This document shows positions 47,109-48,791 of a stretch of DNA of 48,791 bases, in pieces. The stretch covers positions 1-48,791 of the forward strand of contig CAYZCZ010000003.1 of NCBI GenBank assembly GCA_964477125.1, given 5' to 3'. Every line of letters starts with the position of its first letter. Within the stretch, counting starts at the first letter, position 1. The stretch comes from an uncultured Candidatus Saccharibacteria bacterium (GTDB lineage Bacteria; Patescibacteriota; Saccharimonadia; Saccharimonadales; CAIOMD01). A model generated the notes under the pieces. That model was not told the DNA's origin. It made no database searches and saw only the letters and a list, made by a program, of their open reading frames with translations. The translations under genes and the position numbers were made by a program.

Positions 47109-47831
47109 ATGGAAAATACACCCTTTGAAGATAAATCCAGACAGCTTAATGATTCTGAGAAGCAAAGCCTAAAGCATGAAGCTTTTGAATCACGTATGGC
47201 ATTAATAGAGTGGGCTAATAAAGTAGTTCACCTAGTCTTTGAACATGATGAAATTGAAATCCGTAAACAACATCCAGACTACTTTTATGCTGAATTAGTA
47301 CCCTCGGAGTCTAACGAGGCAAATGACGCCTACAGCAAACACCACTCTTTGCGCATACGACTCGACAGTATTGGCAGCACTGAAACACCGAAGGAAACCA
47401 TATATATTAATTTGCCTGTTTCGGAAGAATTTTGGAATAAATACTTTGAAAATGGTTTCAAGCGCAATGATGATAAGGAAAATTTAGCCATTTATCTTCC
47501 AGAAAATCCAGACGCAATAATTGTTCAAAGAATTACTTGCATTAGTTCCGAGGAAGTATCTGATATTAGAAGAATATCTCCAAATGGTAGCATAGACTAT
47601 AAGCTTATTGGTGGTGAGAATGAAGAAGAAGCTATGGAAGAATTTAAAATGTTTTTAGAGGAAATAGAAATAAATGAAGCCTATTTACCAGAAGTAATTG
47701 ACGGAGATCCAGACTTACCCATGTGGCCCCATCAACCCAGCGAAGAATCTGAAAGCGCATATATAAATAAACTACGTTACGACTTAACTAACTTCAGACT
47801 TGTTCCGCAAATATATAACACAAAAGAATAA
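47109..47831 (+). CDS. Acidic hypothetical protein
   Basis: 240-aa ORF, E/D-rich, no recognisable motif. Confidence 0.5.
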   Translation: MENTPFEDKSRQLNDSEKQSLKHEAFESRMALIEWANKVVHLVFEHDEIEIRKQHPDYFYAELVPSESNEANDAYSKHHSLRIRLDSIGSTETPKETIYINLPVSEEFWNKYFENGFKRNDDKENLAIYLPENPDAIIVQRITCISSEEVSDIRRISPNGSIDYKLIGGENEEEAMEEFKMFLEEIEINEAYLPEVIDGDPDLPMWPHQPSEESESAYINKLRYDLTNFRLVPQIYNTKE

Positions 47832-47898
47832 ACCGCCTCAGGTTGGGCTCATCAACTTCAGCAAGATTGCTTTAGTATCAGAGCCCAACCTGGGCGGT
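47832..47898. terminator. 18-bp GC-rich hairpin with a 30-nt loop
   Basis: ACCGCC(T)CAGGTTGGGCTC pairs with GAGCCCAACCTGGGCGGT, with a single bulged T. It starts 1 nt after the stop at 47831. Confidence 0.45.
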
Positions 47899-47986
47899 AT
47901 TGTTGCTTGCGGCTTTTTGGTTAGTTGTAGAAAACATTTCTACACCCTTCTAACTAATAGTGTTGGCCGCTAAGGGTCACGAGCTA

Positions 47987-48247
47987 CTAGGCTACTTTTT
48001 TATAGTTACCCAGTATTACGTTTTTCAACATTGCTACGTCTGTAGCGTAGTTGGACCCCGTATGGTGAACTGCAAGAAATTCACCAATGACTTCCGCACT
48101 CCATGCGCTTACCGTATTAATGGTTTCGCTCAAGTTGTGCAATGCTCCGATTGGTGGCTCGTGCCACACAATCATTTCCCGTGGATCAATGCCTTTTGAT
48201 AAACTCCAGGCATACTCCTTATCTATATAGATGGTTTTTGTTTCCAT
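47987..48247 (-). CDS. Hypothetical small protein
   Basis: 86-aa ORF. TATAAT-like box at about 48331-48336 on the reverse strand. Structured roughly 75-nt leader. Confidence 0.4.
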   Translation of the reverse strand: METKTIYIDKEYAWSLSKGIDPREMIVWHEPPIGALHNLSETINTVSAWSAEVIGEFLAVHHTGSNYATDVAMLKNVILGNYKKVA

Positions 48248-48609
48248 TTCTGTACCTTTCGGCTAGGGCTATCACGGCGGAATTGCCGGTCATAGCCATT
48301 TTTACCATTTTCACAGTAAAAACCGTATTATAATCTCATAATTTTATATATATTTCAACTTTCTAAAAAGTGCTGTTATCAACCCCGAAATAAAAGAGGA
48401 TATAAGTTGATAAATTAAGTGTAATTATGCCTATGGCGGAACAATAAATATAAACGCCGTTTGATACACTCCACCAATCAAAGATAAAGACACGGTAACT
48501 AATTGTCGGTTATTACAGTTCAAAAAATTGACGCTTAGCAAAGGAATTATTTGAAGCACTTGTTATACTAAAAGAATATAGAAACAGTTAAAAAGTTTCA
48601 GGAGGAATA

Positions 48610-48791
48610 GTGAGTAACTCTATTAGTGACATTTTTAAGGCTTACGATATTAGGGGCAAAGTTGGTGAAGAGCTAAATAACGAAGTTGTCGAAAAAATTG
48701 GCATGGCAATGGCTGATTGGCTCCCAGAAAAAGGCGCTGTAGCCGTAGGTTGCGACATGCGCCCAGATAGCAAAGGTTTTGCCAGCGCAAT
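48610..48791 (+). CDS. Phosphomannomutase/phosphoglucomutase-family protein, N-terminal fragment (runs off the window)
   Basis: GTG start 4 nt after the AGGAGG. The translation VSNSISDIFKAYDIRGKVGEELN...VGCDMRPDS matches the alpha-D-phosphohexomutase N-terminus. Confidence 0.75.
   Translation, partial: MSNSISDIFKAYDIRGKVGEELNNEVVEKIGMAMADWLPEKGAVAVGCDMRPDSKGFASA

Overview
This is a 48.8-kb chromosomal window from a compact, moderately AT-rich bacterium that uses the standard genetic code; all conserved genes read through intact. The gene content points to Patescibacteria/CPR, possibly Saccharibacteria, but that is inference only. Supporting traits: tightly packed housekeeping genes, many membrane-anchored PQ/N/K-rich low-complexity proteins, a Gram-positive-type PrgI/VirB4 module, a dockerin-repeat surface protein, and almost no biosynthesis genes.

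Secure calls:
- Housekeeping CDS: dut, rnhA, polA, dnaG-rpoD, orn, msrB, pyrB, argS, a MacB-type ABC pair, hsp20, comF, rlmH, pyrH, valS, tsaD, murE, virB4.
- Four tRNAs: Ser-GGA, Ser-GCT, Ser-CGA and Arg-GCG.

Observations worth a second look:
1. All three tRNA-Ser genes carry a shared downstream hairpin module. Partial tRNA copies lie beside them, including a perfect 107-bp direct repeat.
2. Three parS-like perfect palindromes cluster across valS-tsaD.
3. A roughly 450-bp GC-elevated islet carries an orphan Phd/YefM-like gene, a palindromic operator and a hairpin-dense tail, with no toxin gene.
4. A minimal PrgI-X-VirB4 module lies at 41.4-45.5 kb.
5. Several conserved-fold proteins have lost canonical catalytic or metal ligands: the DnaG zinc ribbon, the CrtB-like Asp motifs and a Walker-A Lys.
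6. A leader-peptide plus terminator arrangement sits upstream of an isolated pyrB.

I saw no CRISPR array, rRNA, transposase or integrase gene.
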